The notes: a model not told the origin generated them from the letters alone. 63,370 nucleotides of DNA, filler included, from Octopus bimaculoides (GCF_001194135.2; 4 parts of 4 records of this genome joined end to end with filler, not necessarily neighbours in it), one strand, 5' to 3'. Numbered from the whole stretch's first letter, positions 22,981 through 36,334 are shown. A program made the numbers and translations.

Positions 22981-23353
22981 ACGGTTTATACTGATGAAAC
23001 CAATGACAATCTATATTTAGTGAAATAATTAAACATGTGGCAGCGCGGCATGATATTTTCGGAGTTGGCAAGCAGGCGAGACGAACGAGTGCTTACTATT
23101 TTGATTGAACGACAGGTAACGAGGCTAAACGATTCCAATGATGCAGTCACATGAAATTCTTTTCATATGAGAATCATCTCGGTGTCGGTGGTTTTTTGTT
23201 TCTCGTAGAGGAATGATTACACCGAAAATAATAAGGAAGAAAGCAGATGGTTGTTAATCATCGTCCTAAGCAGCTGTGATTTGAGAATATCTTATTTACG
23301 GGAACATTCGAAAATAAATTTGTTTCGATATGAAAGCGAATTACTATACTATA

Positions 23354-23425
<72 letters not shown>

Positions 23426-23975
23426 CTATCTATCTATCTATACCCTGGTAAACGGGTAAATAAACAACTTCAAGGTGTTATTTACGTTCTGTTGACTTCA
23501 TAGTACTGATAGATAATACAGAGTGTATGTATGAGCGCGTTTGTTTGTTTCTTGGTTGGCTTTCGCGCGCGCGCATTTGTTTGCATCTGTAAAGACTATG
23601 TTCTTCATTATTTTTCCCCCGAATATATTCTTTTATTTTTATAAGTCTCTAGTCCACCCTTGTATGGAACCTTGTATGACCACACTTGTGATGGTGGCCC
23701 TTCTGCTATTCTTTTACTCTTTGATCAAGTTCTAAAGTGAGTTCTGAACAGCTTTTTTCCTTCTCTGGCAACCAATGCATCTCTTATCATTGGGTCATTG
23801 CTTCTTTATCTCGTTTACTATAAATAGTTCAGTTGGCGCAGTTTGACCGAACGATTAAGAAGCTTGCTTCCCAAGCTCGATCGCATTGTGTGGTATCTTG
23901 GGTAAATGTCAGTTTCTATACGCTCGGCCTGACCCATATCGTGCGAGCGAAATTGTGTTAACAGAAAGTATACAA

Positions 23976-24210
23976 GGCGGTGAACTGGCAGAAACGTTAA
24001 CACGCCGGACGAAATGCTTAGCGGTATTTCGTCTGCCACTGCGTTCTGAGTTCAAATTCCGCCGAGGTCGACTTTGCCTTTCATCCTTTCGGGGTCGATA
24101 AATTAAGTACCAGTTACGCACTGGGGTCGATATAATCGACTTAATCCGTTTGTCTGTCCTTGTTTATCCCCTCTATGCTTATCCCCTTGTAGGCAATAAA
24201 GAAATAAGAA
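23976..24210 (+). mobile_element. Type A tRNA-derived SINE (best-preserved copy)
   Basis: GGCGGTGAACTGGCAGAAACGTTAACACGCCGGACGAAATGCTTAGCGG..GAGTTCAAATTCCGCCGAGGTCGAC, containing A-box-like and B-box-like motifs; multiple copies in the window. Confidence 0.85.
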
Positions 24211-24339
24211 TGTATATAAAACATCAATGAGTAGATTGTACTTGTAATTCAAAAAGTACCTTCATGTCCTCTATGATGTCATACTAATTCTACTTGAGAA
24301 TTAGGTCAAGGGTATGCATATCTGTCAAAGATTGAAACT

Positions 24340-24500
24340 AGCCGGCCTTATACTTCGGCTACCAGAACAATTCTACCAGAACAAGACTATTCTAAAACAG
24401 CTTTCAAATGGACATTACAAGAGGGAGAAAGAAAGAAGGATAGACCGAGAACTACATGGTGCGAGACATTCATAACTAACTTGAGAAAGGACAATATCTC
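24340..24500 (+). mobile_element. RTE-like C-terminal remnant
   Basis: ILRLPEQ..KTAFKWTLQEGERKKDRPRTTWCETF resembles RTE 'RLP..R.P..AL.WTP.G.R.RGRP..TW..T'. Confidence 0.5.
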
Positions 24501-24817
24501 ATAGTTGAATGTAGAGAAAACCCGCAGCCAACAGAAGCCAGTGACGTCAACTTACTGGTCAATGTTCTCGAGAGCACAGGAAGAACTGATACTAATAAAT
24601 GTCTGTGGAATGCTCGGCCACTTACACGTTGATTCAAGGTTAATTCTGATAATTCTGTTGATCGAACAACTAAATCCTCACCATCAAACAACGGAGAATC
24701 AAACACACAAAAACTTTCATAGTCATTATTCAGCCGAATTTTCTTCTATTTCTTAGAGATACTTCTCGTCTTTCTACTACGTCTCACCCTTCTACTATTG
24801 TCTCCTCCTCCTCCTCC

Positions 24818-24852
<35 letters not shown>

Positions 24853-26279
24853 CTTTTACAAATGTTTCTACTCTATAGAAACATATAATCTTCCTTCGAA
24901 CGTCTGTTTTAAGACAAACTTCTCTTTTTCTGTTTCTCAGTTAAATACGTTCTTAATTCATTTAAATCTTGCGTTGATCATTTTATGACTCTCAAGATAG
25001 ATTCTCGTTAGAATTTTTCCCCATTTCCTTTTCTTCTAAATACTAAATTATTGCTTGAATGTTGTTTTATTGCTGGTTACTTGCCACCATATTAATCTAG
25101 AGGTGAAATTTCACGTCGCATTCGATACCTACTTTTAGGTACTTCGTTAAATTAGTTAACATTTACTTAATGTTAAAGATCAGTACACACATACATACAT
25201 ACATACATACATGCATACATACATACATACATACATACATACATACATACATACATACATACATACATACATACATGCGTCAAGCATTATGCGGAGAGAT
25301 GAGGAAGGTAAATATTACCGTTAAGAAAGCCTCCTCTCAAGATCTTGGATCATTCAGGCTGAAAATCTGGAACGTAAAGAGAGATTTCAATCTTAATGTA
25401 TTGTGGCTAAATGCAGTAAGGAGATGATTATGTACAAACATCGACAGTTTGACCCCAAAAATTTCACCATGGCTGTAGGCAAATTGCATAATGGGAAAGC
25501 ACCTTGTGGGAATTTGGATACTGGTACATGAGGTCGACATTTTACAGAAACCCTTTAATACGTATATTCAAAAGCGCTATGGAATGTCAGAATTGACGTC
25601 ATATTAGGTTGCTATATCACGGACAAATCAGGTAGCCAAGAATGAAAGCATCGAGTTTGCTGAAAACTATAGGACCAATGCTTGTCTAAACATTATATAC
25701 AAACTGTATGCAATGTAACTCAGACGATTTCCCCAGGATCATTGCGAGTCTAACTACATAGTGACTGATGAGCAGGCATGAAGGGAGTGTAAGGACGCGT
25801 CGAACAAGAGAAGACGAAAGGAGAGAAGAAATGGAGGGAGAGGGAGGCAAAGTAACAGGTGCAAATTAGAGAAAACAGAGTAAGAACATCCAGAGTAAGA
25901 ACATCCAGAGTAGGAAGAAACGACAAAAGGAAAGAACAGAAAGTACATGAAAGTTAAGAAAGTATAAATAATAATAATAATAATAATAATGATAAAAGTT
26001 TTACATAAAGTTCAAAAAAGTTCAAAGGCTTCAGACGTTGTGGTGTATTGGAACGATTTCTCATCAACAGAAGAATCCAGAGTAATCCATAGGCAGGAGA
26101 GGTGCAGCCGGAGTGTAGAAAGTCCAAAAGAGAATTCGTAAAGTGTAGAAAGGTAGAAAGTCCAGGGGAGAAGTTCGTGGGTGATGAAAGGAGACAGGAT
26201 CAACTGGTGTGACCACGTGAGCATGTGATATATTTAGGGAGAATTCACAAAAAAAAGCTTAATTACATTATTTATTAAC

Positions 26280-27230
26280 CTTAATCAACTTTGTTGTGTT
26301 TTGGGAGGGTCATTATGCCAATTCATATCAAGAATCTTGCAAACCAAATACAAAAACGAAGTAAAATAAACCTTAATCAACTTGTTCTATGATTTTCTGA
26401 TTGTTCGGGTAAAAAGTTTAGAATTTGCCTCAGCTTCTTCGCCACACCCTCCAAAATGTTGTCCATCATTCTCTGTGTGTTACTACTATTTAGTGCTATT
26501 TTTGTTCGTTCTTTTCCTTTGTATGTAGCCTTTCCTTTGGAACATACAGAAACTACCCAAAGCCTGAGACTGGTTATTGATGCTGTCCCTCCACGCGCTA
26601 ATCTCACAATAGATAACATATAATTGTCTTCTTGGGTTGTATTAAACGTAAGCGTATTTGAAATGGAAAAATAAAATTACCTCATAATAAAAATAGTATT
26701 TGTCTATTTAATCATATAATGTGATAATATTTTTTTTTAGTGGTGATGCAGCACTGTAAGTTTTCTTAATGTGTCTAGTTGCTGTGTTAGCAGAACTTTT
26801 GTCTTTTTTAACAAAAGACATTTATAAATAACTCGTTAGCTAGCTTTTGCAGATAAATATATTGTTGGAGAAGCAATACATTCTTCAAACCCAAAGCTCC
26901 TCTTGGTGTCAGTTTCTACAGAATTTGAATAATCTGATAAGGTTACAGACTCAACGGATTCTGATTCAACAGATTTAGATGACGCAAACAGTGGAGTGAT
27001 CATACCATGACAGTCAGTGAACGACAAGTAACCAAGGTGTTCTATGGTCAGAAATCGGAAAATAACTTTCATTTCAAAAATCATCAGCCAGTGCAGAAAT
27101 TAATGTTTCTATGACAATTGTTGTTCAGCAGATCCAAGGTTCACATCTTGTAAACAACCAAAGCAACTGAACCTTCTCAACCATAGCTCGGAAAACTTCC
27201 AAAATATTAATTGGCTCACATTATCAGTTT
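26280..27230 (-). mobile_element. Degenerate L1/Tx1-like ORF2 C-terminal remnant
   Basis: Across frameshifts: EKVQLLW..TIVIETLISAL; KLTPRGALGLKNVLLLQQYIYLQKL (cf. PKxxGGLGL); FILLRFCIWFAR..LPK (cf. the post-CCHC region of L1). Confidence 0.4.
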
Positions 27231-27333
27231 CAATTCGATGTTTTATATAATATATCGCATCCAGGGGACAAGTACCGTATTTCATAAAATACTATCAAAT
27301 TATAGTAGACAACTTGTTTCTTCATATTTTCAA

Positions 27334-27725
27334 GGCGCAGGAGTGGCTGGGCCGTAAGAAGCTTGCTTACCAACCACATGGTTCCGGGTTCAGTGCCACT
27401 GTGTGGGACCTTGGGCAAGTGTCTTCTACTATAGCTTCGGGCCGACCAAAGCCTTGTGAGTGAATTTGGTTGACAGAAACTGAAAGAAGCCCGTCGTATA
27501 TATACATATGTGTGTGTGTTTGTGCTTCTGTGTTTGTCCCCCCACCATAATGACAATCGTTGTTGTTGTGTTTATGCCCCCGTAACTTAGCGGTTCGGCA
27601 AAAGATACCGATAGAATAAGTACTAGGCTTACAAAGAATAAGTCCTGGGATAGATTTGTTTGACTAAAAGCGATACTCCAACATGGCCGCAGCCAAATGA
27701 CTGAAACAAGTAAAAGAATAAAAGA
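27334..27725 (+). mobile_element. Type B tRNA-derived SINE (head plus bipartite tail)
   Basis: GGCGCAGGAGTGGCTGG..GGTTCCGGGTTCAGT..CTTGGGCAAGTGTCTTCTACTATAGC; tail CTTAGCGGTTCGGCAAAAGA..AAATGACTGAAACAAGTAAAAGA also occurs at 27884-28085(-), 42655-42855 and 53160-53370. Confidence 0.85.
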
Positions 27726-27883
27726 TTAAAATTATTGATTATGTTTGACTACGACTTCACGTTGGTGGTTTCTTCATCACAAGTTTAAGAATAAGAACTT
27801 CAGAAAACAGTGAGATGTTTTAGCAAGCTATGCATTCACCTCAGCTATATGTATGCGCATGCGCACTCTCTCTCTCTTATACT

Positions 27884-28085
27884 CTTTTACTTGTTTCAGT
27901 CATTTGACTGCGGCCATGCTGGAGCACCGCCTTTAGTCGAGCAAATTGACACCAGGACTTATTCTTTGTAAGCCTAGTACTTATTCTATCGGTCTCTTTT
28001 GCCGAACCGTTAAGTTACGGGGACGTAAACACACCACCATCGGTTGTCAAGCGACGTTGGGGGAAGAAACACAGACGCACAAACA
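27884..28085 (-). mobile_element. Type B SINE tail, inverted relative to 27530-27725
   Basis: CTCTTTTACTTGTTTCAGTCATTTGACTGCGGCCATGCTGGAGCACCGCC.. is the reverse complement of the tail. Confidence 0.85.
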
Positions 28086-28187
28086 TACACACACATACAT
28101 ACATAGATACATATATATATATGGTATGTTGATTCTTGTTTATTTTTATGTATCTCGACCATACGTGTACTGATGAACAAAAGAATG

Positions 28188-28287
28188 NNNNNNNNNNNNN
28201 NNNNNNNNNNNNNNNNNNNNNNNNNNNNNNNTTAATTAATTAANNNNNNNNNNNNNNNNNNNNNNNNNNNNNNNNNNNNNNNNNNNN
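28188..28287. other. Assembly spacer: 44 N + TTAATTAATTAA + 44 N (same at 45654-45753 and 60920-61019)
   Basis: Identical 100-bp format three times; the 12-mer is a palindromic six-frame stop linker. Confidence 0.95.
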
Positions 28288-28339
28288 ATGTTTAAATTAA
28301 GTGGTCATAACCTAGTTCTTCGAGGGTAAACCAAAATAC

Positions 28340-28935
28340 TGATGTATATAGTAAGGTTAGGGGTAGAGTACCCACCTCTATAATTAACACAACCGTCCAG
28401 GCTGTTTCGGACAGACTTACCAAACTATCCTCGAATGAAAACATTTTCAAGGAACATGCCCATCATTATAATCAAGCCCTCTATAAAGCTGGGTACTCTC
28501 AGACGATATCATTTGATAATAAGTTTAATTATAATACACCCAAAGCACAAACCAAGAACATAAACCCTCAATGTAATCGAATTAGAAAATATAGAATTAA
28601 ACCCCTGGATGGTGCTATAGAAAATAAGTCGAGCATAAACAAAAGTACAGATACAACCAGTACGAATAATAATAAACATAGGATAAGAGAACATAATAAG
28701 AATAGTCATACAGATAGTACTTCACACAAAGGAAGCCCTAGCGATAGGAATAATAATAATAAAAATAGAAGAATTTCCAAACATAGTAAAAATAAATTAC
28801 GCAACTACATATGGTATAACATACCATACAATGTAGCCGTCACAGGTAGATTATGTAAGAAGATATTCTCAATTATATCAAAGAACTTTCCACCCACTCA
28901 CAAATATAGCAGTATCTTTTCAAATAAAACTATTA
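28340..28935 (+). mobile_element. Penelope-like element fragment (Neptune-like RT thumb and linker)
   Basis: PTSIINTTVQAVSDRLTKLSSNENIFKEHAHHYNQALYKAGY; YIWYNIPYNVAVTGRLCKKIFSIISKNFPPTHKYSSIF (cf. IIWFNPPFS..IG..FL.LI.KHFP..HKLHKIF). Confidence 0.8.
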
Positions 28936-29596
28936 GAAATAGAGAGTGAAGTGGAAGAATGAAAATAGATGTGAGCTATGCAGGGATATTGCATTTGTAG
29001 ATCCATCATTTAAGCAGAATGGTATACATATAAGATTCCAGTACCTTGTGAGTAAATTCCAATAGTATTTAAAATTGGTCATTGTAAATTCAAATAGTAT
29101 TTAAAATTGGTCATTCCAAGTATAGAGTTTGTACACAGTGCTATTGAATCGAGGGTTTTATTTAAAGTGACCTAAAAGTGGGGAATGTATTTGGAAGGTC
29201 AAATCGGAAACAGGAAGAGAGGAATAAAGAAAAGAGAAAAAAGGAGAAGAAAAAAGCAGAAAAAATGAAAAAACAGGAGAGGAATAAAGTAAAGAAAGAA
29301 AAAAGGAAAAAAGAAAAACAAGGATAAAGACAATAAATCAATGAAGATAGGGAAAGTTTACCAGTTTGTGGTCAGTCAAGATAACTTGAAAGTAGGAATG
29401 AAGAGATGAGGGTGATAGAAAGAGAAAGATATTATTGTGTAAAAAGATGATAGGGTAATGAGTAAAGGAGTGTCAGATAGAAGGAATCGGGGTGATAGAA
29501 AGAGAGGTATAATAGTGTAAACGGTAAAGGAGTGTCAGTTGTGCACTCCTTTACTCTTTAGCCTACCATCGCAACCATTAACAACGCTACACTATA

Positions 29597-30058
29597 TAGG
29601 GTGTTCCAGAATTAACTATCTGTTTGAATGAGATGAGCAAATTTTATGTTTATTACCAAAACAAATAGATTTATGAATCTTACGTCAAACTTTTATTGAA
29701 AGTTTTCAGCATGTCTGTATCGCTGCATACTTCAAATCTCTCCTTAGAGTTGTGAAACACATTTTGAAGCATTTCAGAATTTAGCTCCTGCACTGTTAAC
29801 TGGATGTGTTTTTTAAGCTCAGCTAAACGATTGTTCCATCTTGGGGATGGAGGTAAAGAAAATGATTGCTGCCAAATTGAAAAAAAAAAAGCTATCATGG
29901 ACAAATAAGAGAAAGCAGGAATGAGTATAAAATTATTAACAAAATTCAAAATTTATACACTTTTAACACATATTAAACATGATAAACATACATAAAAGTG
30001 AGTTTTAAAAAAATGCATCCGATTTCACTCAAATCATCATTAATTCTGGAATACTCTG
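29597..30058 (-). mobile_element. Internally deleted Tc1/mariner element retaining the transposase C-terminus
   Basis: 19-bp TIRs TAGGGTGTTCCAGAATTAA (29597) and TTAATTCTGGAATACTCTG (30040-30058); TA on the left and CA on the right. Minus-strand LAELKKHIQLTVQELNSEMLQNVFHNSKERFEVC. Confidence 0.75.
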
Positions 30059-30848
30059 CATTTACTCGTCCGACTAAACGGGGGAGGGAACACGGGGAGG
30101 GGGACTAATTGCAGGTTGCGAGCGTAGCTTCCAGAAGTGATCACGTGGTTAAACTCAAATGGCTGTGAGTCACAATAACAGTTTTTGTTTTTTTTTGCAT
30201 GAACATTTTGCATTATATAGTTCAGACATGGATGATATAGAAAGCAGACATGCTGCTAGGCCATGCTACGTTGCGCAGGACTGGAAACTTGAAACATCAA
30301 CAGGGTTTGTTGTGCCTTTACTCATCCGCGCATACACGCACATGGCCCGATGGTCCACGGGATGGTAACATGAAGTATCAACAGGGCGGCGACAAAAATT
30401 TTAATGTTCTCATTTCTTCTGTCAAAAAAAGGTTTTCATGAAATATTATACGCTACTTATAATGCATAAAACAAAGATAAAACCAAGTGCTGTGTGCTGA
30501 AATCTGATTAATCTGCATTTTTTTTTGGGGGGGGGAGCATAGTCGGCGTCGGAAATTTTTTTTAGTCAACAGAATTCGAAGAACCTGATTAATGTCTGTT
30601 GCAAATTTGGAGGAAAGCGACTGGATACTCTTCAAGTAACGGGCCTTAACACTGCGAAAATGCTTTAAAAATGTGGTTTATCTGCCCCTGGGTCCGCATT
30701 AGGCAAGAAACTGAAATTTGTTTTGACCCATGACACACCATGGACCCTATGTAATGCATGTGTAAAATTTCATTAAAATCGGTTGGATTGATCTCGAGTT
30801 AACGACATGACAATCACACAGAGAGACACACATCCTGTTGTTCATAAA

Positions 30849-31690
30849 TTTCTATATCTTAGCCATGCTATACCCAACTTGTCGAAGCTTCTCTCAGAAA
30901 TCTAGATTTCTATACATAAAATTGTCCCTACCCTGGAATATCGAATAGGGTACCAGCTTTCTCTTGTCCCCCTCTCCCACTCTGTCTTCAGTGCTGCTGT
31001 AAACAGTCACGATGATAGGACGGCTTTTTAACGGCTCTCTAAAAGTGTGTAAGCTTTTTCTATTACTCCAAACTACGAAATATCACTTGAAATGTTTTTG
31101 GGAGAATTGTCTATATGTTTGCTAAAACTTTGAGATGTTTATAGATTTTTATATCTTAACTACGGTGTGATGTTCCATAGATAGATTCCTTTATGGTAAA
31201 TATGATGTAATGTTTTATAGATAGATAACTATAGTTTTGCTAAAACTTAGAGATGTTGTTCATTGGTTTCTATATATTAGCTATGCTATGCCCAACTTGT
31301 CGACGCTCCTATCAAAAACCTAGGTTTCTATGCATAAAGTTGTCCTCACGCTGGAATATTGGTGAGGATACCTGCTTTCCCTTCGCCCGCGCTCTCTATC
31401 CTCCTCCTCCTTTCCCACCCTGTCTTCAGTGCTGCTGTAGACAGTAACGATGATAGAACGGCTTTTTAACGGCTCTCCAAAAGTGCGTAAGCCTTTTCTA
31501 TTACTTCAAACTATGAAATATCACTGTCTGGGATTCAAAGACCTGAGACTGCTTTTAGATTTTTATACCTTGACTACTGTGTGATGTCACATAGAGAGAT
31601 TCCTTTATCGTAAATACCATGTGATGTTTTATTGATCGATTACTATAGTTTTGCTATGCCATGGTCAGCTTGTCGACGCTCCTCTCAAAT
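30849..31690. repeat. Diverged tandem array, unit ~370-420 bp, 2 units plus the start of a third
   Basis: TTTCTATAT..AGC(C/T)ATGCTAT(A/G)CCCAACTTGTCGA at 30849 and 31267; GTCTTCAGTGCTGCTGTA..GGCTTTTTAACGGCTCTC in both units; CTTGTCGACGCTCCT recurs at ~31669. Confidence 0.85.
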
Positions 31691-31999
31691 ATCCCTTCCC
31701 ACCCGCCCCCTATTCACCGTCACTCATGTGAACTCAACTACCAATCCAATTAAACAGCCTGTATTAGTAGACAACAGCCCCGCTTTCCTCTTTAGCGCCG
31801 CAGCAGCATCAGTATCTAAACCAACAGCCGTAAATCTGACATTATAATCGATAATAGTAAGGCCTCTAGACCTTATCGTAATAATACAATTATAGTAATA
31901 ATAGTGAAATTATATTAGTGAACAAGAAAATAATCAGGAAGGGAGTATAATAGAAATAGTAGAATTATAATAGCGAACAAATAAATAATAACCTAGAAC

Positions 32000-34900
32000 G
32001 ATTAACATATGGTATTGTGCAACAGTCGAGTCATCGGCGACTAAAGCAGCAACCCCACTAAGCTTGCTTGGTGAGGAGGGTGGATTTTCGACACCCTGCA
32101 GGATTAAAAACAAAACTCGGCAAAGGTCAGAGGAGCTCAGAAGAATAGCTGACCATTCCGAAAATGGGTAGATAGAAATCGTAAGCTTTGTTTGGCAGTC
32201 TATCTAGGAGAATGAAGACTCTGATTTAAAACAGAGGTAGATAGGATTCCTTAGTCACAGTGACGACAACCTGTCAGTATCCAACGGTTCCATGCCTGGG
32301 ATGAAGCCGAATGAACCGGGAATCGGGACTTAGCTCCGGAGCAATATTTGGATGAAGATACGGGACAAACTGTTGTTCACCTATCTCCTAGTACGAATCA
32401 TGATCATGGTGCCCAACACACAGAAATGCAGTCTTGGTTGACAATCTTACTAGAGATGGTGTCTCGATAAAAATACCGGTTGGTGGCTAACCTTAAAACA
32501 CATACTTCAATGTTGAGTGAAAATGTCTAATACAGATGTATCAAATAATAGTGTTAATGAGGCTGGAACCAAAGATAAAAGCCTTTCGCCCGGCAAGAGC
32601 CTTGTGGTTGAGCAGCACAGGCCTGGTCATCATCCAGAGACTGCTTATACACAAAGGCAGAAAAGAATGTGGGATAAGGAGGCAAACCGAACGGTAATTG
32701 AATACTGGATCAGGAGGGAAACCAGTAGGAGGGGATTCTAACAGCGCATGAAAGCAAAATGGAATGAAATAGGACTCTTGGAAATAAGTGAGCAACGGCT
32801 AGTCGATTAGGGAAGAGCAATAAGAGCATAATGCTGGAAAAAACATAGAATAAGAGATAAAGGGTATGATGTGATATTGGAAGAATTGAAACAAAGAGTA
32901 GTAGCAATCTAAACAAAACTGGAAAGATATGATAATAGAACAAAACAATTTAAGCAAATCGGATTGTGTGTAACAAATCAGAAGAAACTGTTTTAGGAAC
33001 TAGATGGGCAATTACACATATGAAACCAGATACAGAGGAAAGCAGGGTATTCTGGAGAGGGATCTGGAACCAACCTGTAGAGCATAATGGTGAAGCAGAG
33101 TGGCTACAAGATAGGTTAAAAATATAGAAGGCCAAGAAAACATAAAAATAACTACAGAAATTATAAAAAAGATGTTAAGAAAATTCCCAGGTTCGGATAC
33201 GGTCCAAGGTTATTAGATGGAGAAGCTGAAAGGGCTCCATAAAAGGATTGCAAAACAGCTAGATGGGTGCTTGCAGGAATGCGCAGTACCCAGCTGGATG
33301 ACCAAGGGGACGACATTGTTATGTGCCAAAAATCCTGAAAAATCCACTAATATAGAAACTATTGTCAGGTGCTTTGGCTGTTGAACTGTATAGGTACTTT
33401 GAAAAAAGTGGGCTGCTACCTATTGAACAGAAAGGGTACCGAAAGAGGAGCCGAGGAATGAAGGACCAGCTCTTAATCGCTAATCTAATTATCAGAAACT
33501 GCAAGAGAAGTCACACAAACCTGAACATAGCATGGGTTAACTATCGAAGAACATATGATATGATACCACACTCCTGGACAATGAGAACAATTGAAACGCA
33601 TGGAGTAGCAGAAAGCATGAGAAACCTTATATAGAACAGTATGAAATGGTAGGGAACGGAATTAACAGCAGGGAATCAAGTATTAGGAGAGGTGAAAATC
33701 AGGAGTAATCTTCCAAGAGAATAATGTTCCCCCATTCACCTTTGTGCTGGGAATGATCCCCTTGAGTGAAATACTACAGAAAACAAGGTTGAGGTATGGC
33801 CTGGGAAGAGGTAAGGGAAAACTGAACCACTTGCTATTCATGGACGATTTGAAGTTGTTCACAAAAAGTGAGGTAGAACTGGACAGCCTAGTCCAGTCTG
33901 TGCGGATTTTCTCCAATGATATTAAGATGGAGTTTGGGCTCGCAAAATGTACTACAGTGGTGATTAGAAGAGGAAAGCTTGTCAGGACAGAGGACACAGC
34001 CTTGCCAAGTGGTGAGATGATGAAAGCAATTCGACCTCAATCCAGCTATAAATATCTGGGAATACTTGAGACAGATGGAATTAAGCACAACGACATGAAG
34101 GAAAAAACAAAAAGAGAGTACCTGTGGCGAGTGAGAAAAATACTGGCTTCAAAGCTGAATGCCAGAAACATAATTTCGACAATAAACTCGCACGCAGTCG
34201 CAGTACTTCGGTATGGCGCTGGAATCCTAAAGTGGACAAAAAGGAGGAGCTAAAGGAGATAGACAGGAAGTCAAGAAAGCTCCTAGCGATTCATGGGCCC
34301 CATCTTCCACGTGCAAATACTGATCGGCTATACATGAAGAGAGCAACTGGAGGAAGGGAACTGATAAGTATGGAAGACTATGTGCGTATTGAATTCAAGA
34401 GCTTAATGAGATACCTAGCCCAAAGTAAGGAAACCTTGCTAGTGTCAGTTAGGAACAAGGGAGTATTGAAGGTAGAGAGAGAAAAAAAGGAAAAACGAAA
34501 GAAGTCAAAAAAGACACGAAGAAGAATTACACAAGAATGGATTACACGATCAGTTCCATGTAGCCTCAATAGAAGTCGCTGGAAAAAATAAGTGGGATTG
34601 GCTGAAGAAAGGAACACTAAAAAAAGAGACTGAGAGCATTATACTGGCAGCGCAAAGCCAAGCTTTGGCCACGAACTGAAGGGTCAACCTTTGGAATGAG
34701 CAAGTGTCTCCGTTGTGTCTCATCTGTAATAGAGTGGATGAAATCATTGCCCATACCACAAACAAATGCACTAGACTTGCCCAAAACCACTACAAGTTGT
34801 GGCGACATGATCAGGTAGCAAAAGTGCTACATTGGAAACTATATAAAAAGTGGGGACTAGAGAGAGGCAAGACGTGGTATGAGCACAAACTGCAGAGAAT

Positions 34901-35365
34901 GGCGGAATCGGAAACTAGCAAAATCCTCTGGGATTTCCCAATCCAAACAGATCAGGTGCTTAATAGACCGGACTAAGTGGTGGTCGACAAGATACAGTAC
35001 ATGTTCTATACAGTTGATGTTGCATGTCCATTGACCCACGAATAGTCAAGAAGGAATGTGAAAAAATAGATAAATACAACCCTTTTAGGTACGAAATAGC
35101 CTGGCTATGGAAAATGAAGGTGAAGATAGTGCCAATTACTGTTGGGTTCTTAGGAACAGTATCAGAAGGCATCAAGAGGAATATCAAGGAAATTAGAGTA
35201 CCCAAGAGAACTGTTACAAAATGTTTGCCTCCTTGGCATGACCAGAATAATCAGGAAAGTATTAGCTGAAAAGAATGGATAGCATGTTACTGTAGGCTGC
35301 AGGTAGCAAGCACGCTTCACATGCAAGACCTCAGGAGTTCCAACAAAGCCTGTTATAAAAAGAAA
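32000..35365 (+). mobile_element. Near-full-length, inactivated R4/Dong-like RLE non-LTR retrotransposon (family 2)
   Basis: ~500-bp 5' UTR; N-terminal RMWDKEANRTVIEYW..RRGF; EQKGYRKRSRGMKDQLLI; AWVNYRRTYDMIPHSW; HLLFMDDLKLF (~33837); DRLYMKRATGGRELI; ETESIILAAQSQAL; CLIC..EIIAHTTNKC; ILWDFPIQTDQVLNRPD; IDVACP; KIVPITVGFLG. Ends in (AAT)n at ~35365. Confidence 0.9.
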
Positions 35366-35384
35366 TAATAATAATAATAATAGT

Positions 35385-35750
35385 ATGATGTATCAATACC
35401 AGCAGATGACAACGTTTCTCTAAAAGAAATGGAAAAACTTTCAAAATACAAAGACCTGGAAATAGAGATAACTCGAATGTGGAATCTAAAAACAGAAACA
35501 ATTCCTATCATAGTAGGTGCCTTAGGTATAATAAAAAAATATTCAGACAAATACATAACAAAAATAGCAGGACTTACAAATATATATAACATACAGAAAA
35601 TTGCACTACTGGGTACTGCACACATCCTACGCAAAACACTTTCAATACAGTAAACATAAGAGCACCACAGCAAACCACAGCACATACCCAAGGCGCACAG
35701 AGCTGTGCTCGGTAGTGAAGTGAAAGCACGTTATAAAAATAAAACTACTA
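35385..35750 (+). mobile_element. 5'-truncated family-1 R4-like copy inserted in the AAT tail of the previous element
   Basis: DVSIPADDNVSLKEMEKLSKYKDLEIEITRMWNLKTETIPIIVGALG..ALLGTAHILRKTLSIQ* plus the family-1 3' UTR; (AAT)n on both sides. Confidence 0.9.
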
Positions 35751-35759
35751 ATAATAATA

Positions 35760-36312
35760 GATGGCCTGATACAGTACCTGGCAGTGGCTCTCATGGCTTC
35801 TCACCTTAATTGATTGGAAGTGTTATCGTGTACATTGTTTTGTCTTGGTATAAAAGATGGCCTACAGTAAATATTCTGCTTAATACCACAGATTTGTTTG
35901 TCAGTTGTTTGACCTTAACCAGTTGAGCATGTCCCTTGGTGGCTGATGATATGTGCATCTCTGATCATGAGCAGAAGTAGTGGGGGAGCATCATAGCCAT
36001 GTGTTGAGAGGAATTCTTTGGGGTTTGAATAATTCACCTCTGGAAACATGGGTGTTTTGCTCAACATCCTTAAACAAACCTTATTCAGGGACCTTTTGAG
36101 TGGGATGGGCTACTCGATCTGAAGAAAATTCTAACTGGGCCTCACCTGCGAGGTTATGCGCTGTTTATCTTGATATGGGATCACCATGTCGCGCACACAT
36201 AGTTGTGATGCATGTGCCTGGTGTACCCTTATCAGACGGGTAGTCATGATGGGTATACTGGGCTTCGTATATTTTACTCCAGTGTCACTTTGATGGCATG
36301 CACTGCTCTCTC
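35760..36312. mobile_element. ~550-bp non-coding interspersed-repeat-like unit bounded by (AAT)n
   Basis: Lies between two AAT arrays, has no ORF and is more GC-rich than the flanks. It behaves like a non-autonomous passenger, but only one copy is in the window. Confidence 0.4.
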
Positions 36313-36334
36313 ACTCAATAATAATAATAATAAC

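Noticed and set aside
25760-25810. Other CTGATGA occurrences (also ~688 minus, ~22992, ~28170, ~35944)
   Set aside because: No stem II followed by GAAA and no NUH/stem I; the 28170 case is cut by a gap and cannot be judged.
26836-27084. 82-aa minus-strand ORF with an internal acceptor-like site, resembling a terminal exon
   Set aside because: Other frames carry L1/Tx1-like motifs (GALGLKN; TIVIETLISAL), so it is better explained as a decayed LINE.
28232-28243. TTAATTAATTAA palindrome recurring three times (also 45698 and 60964)
   Set aside because: Always centred in 44+44 Ns; an artificial six-frame-stop scaffold linker.
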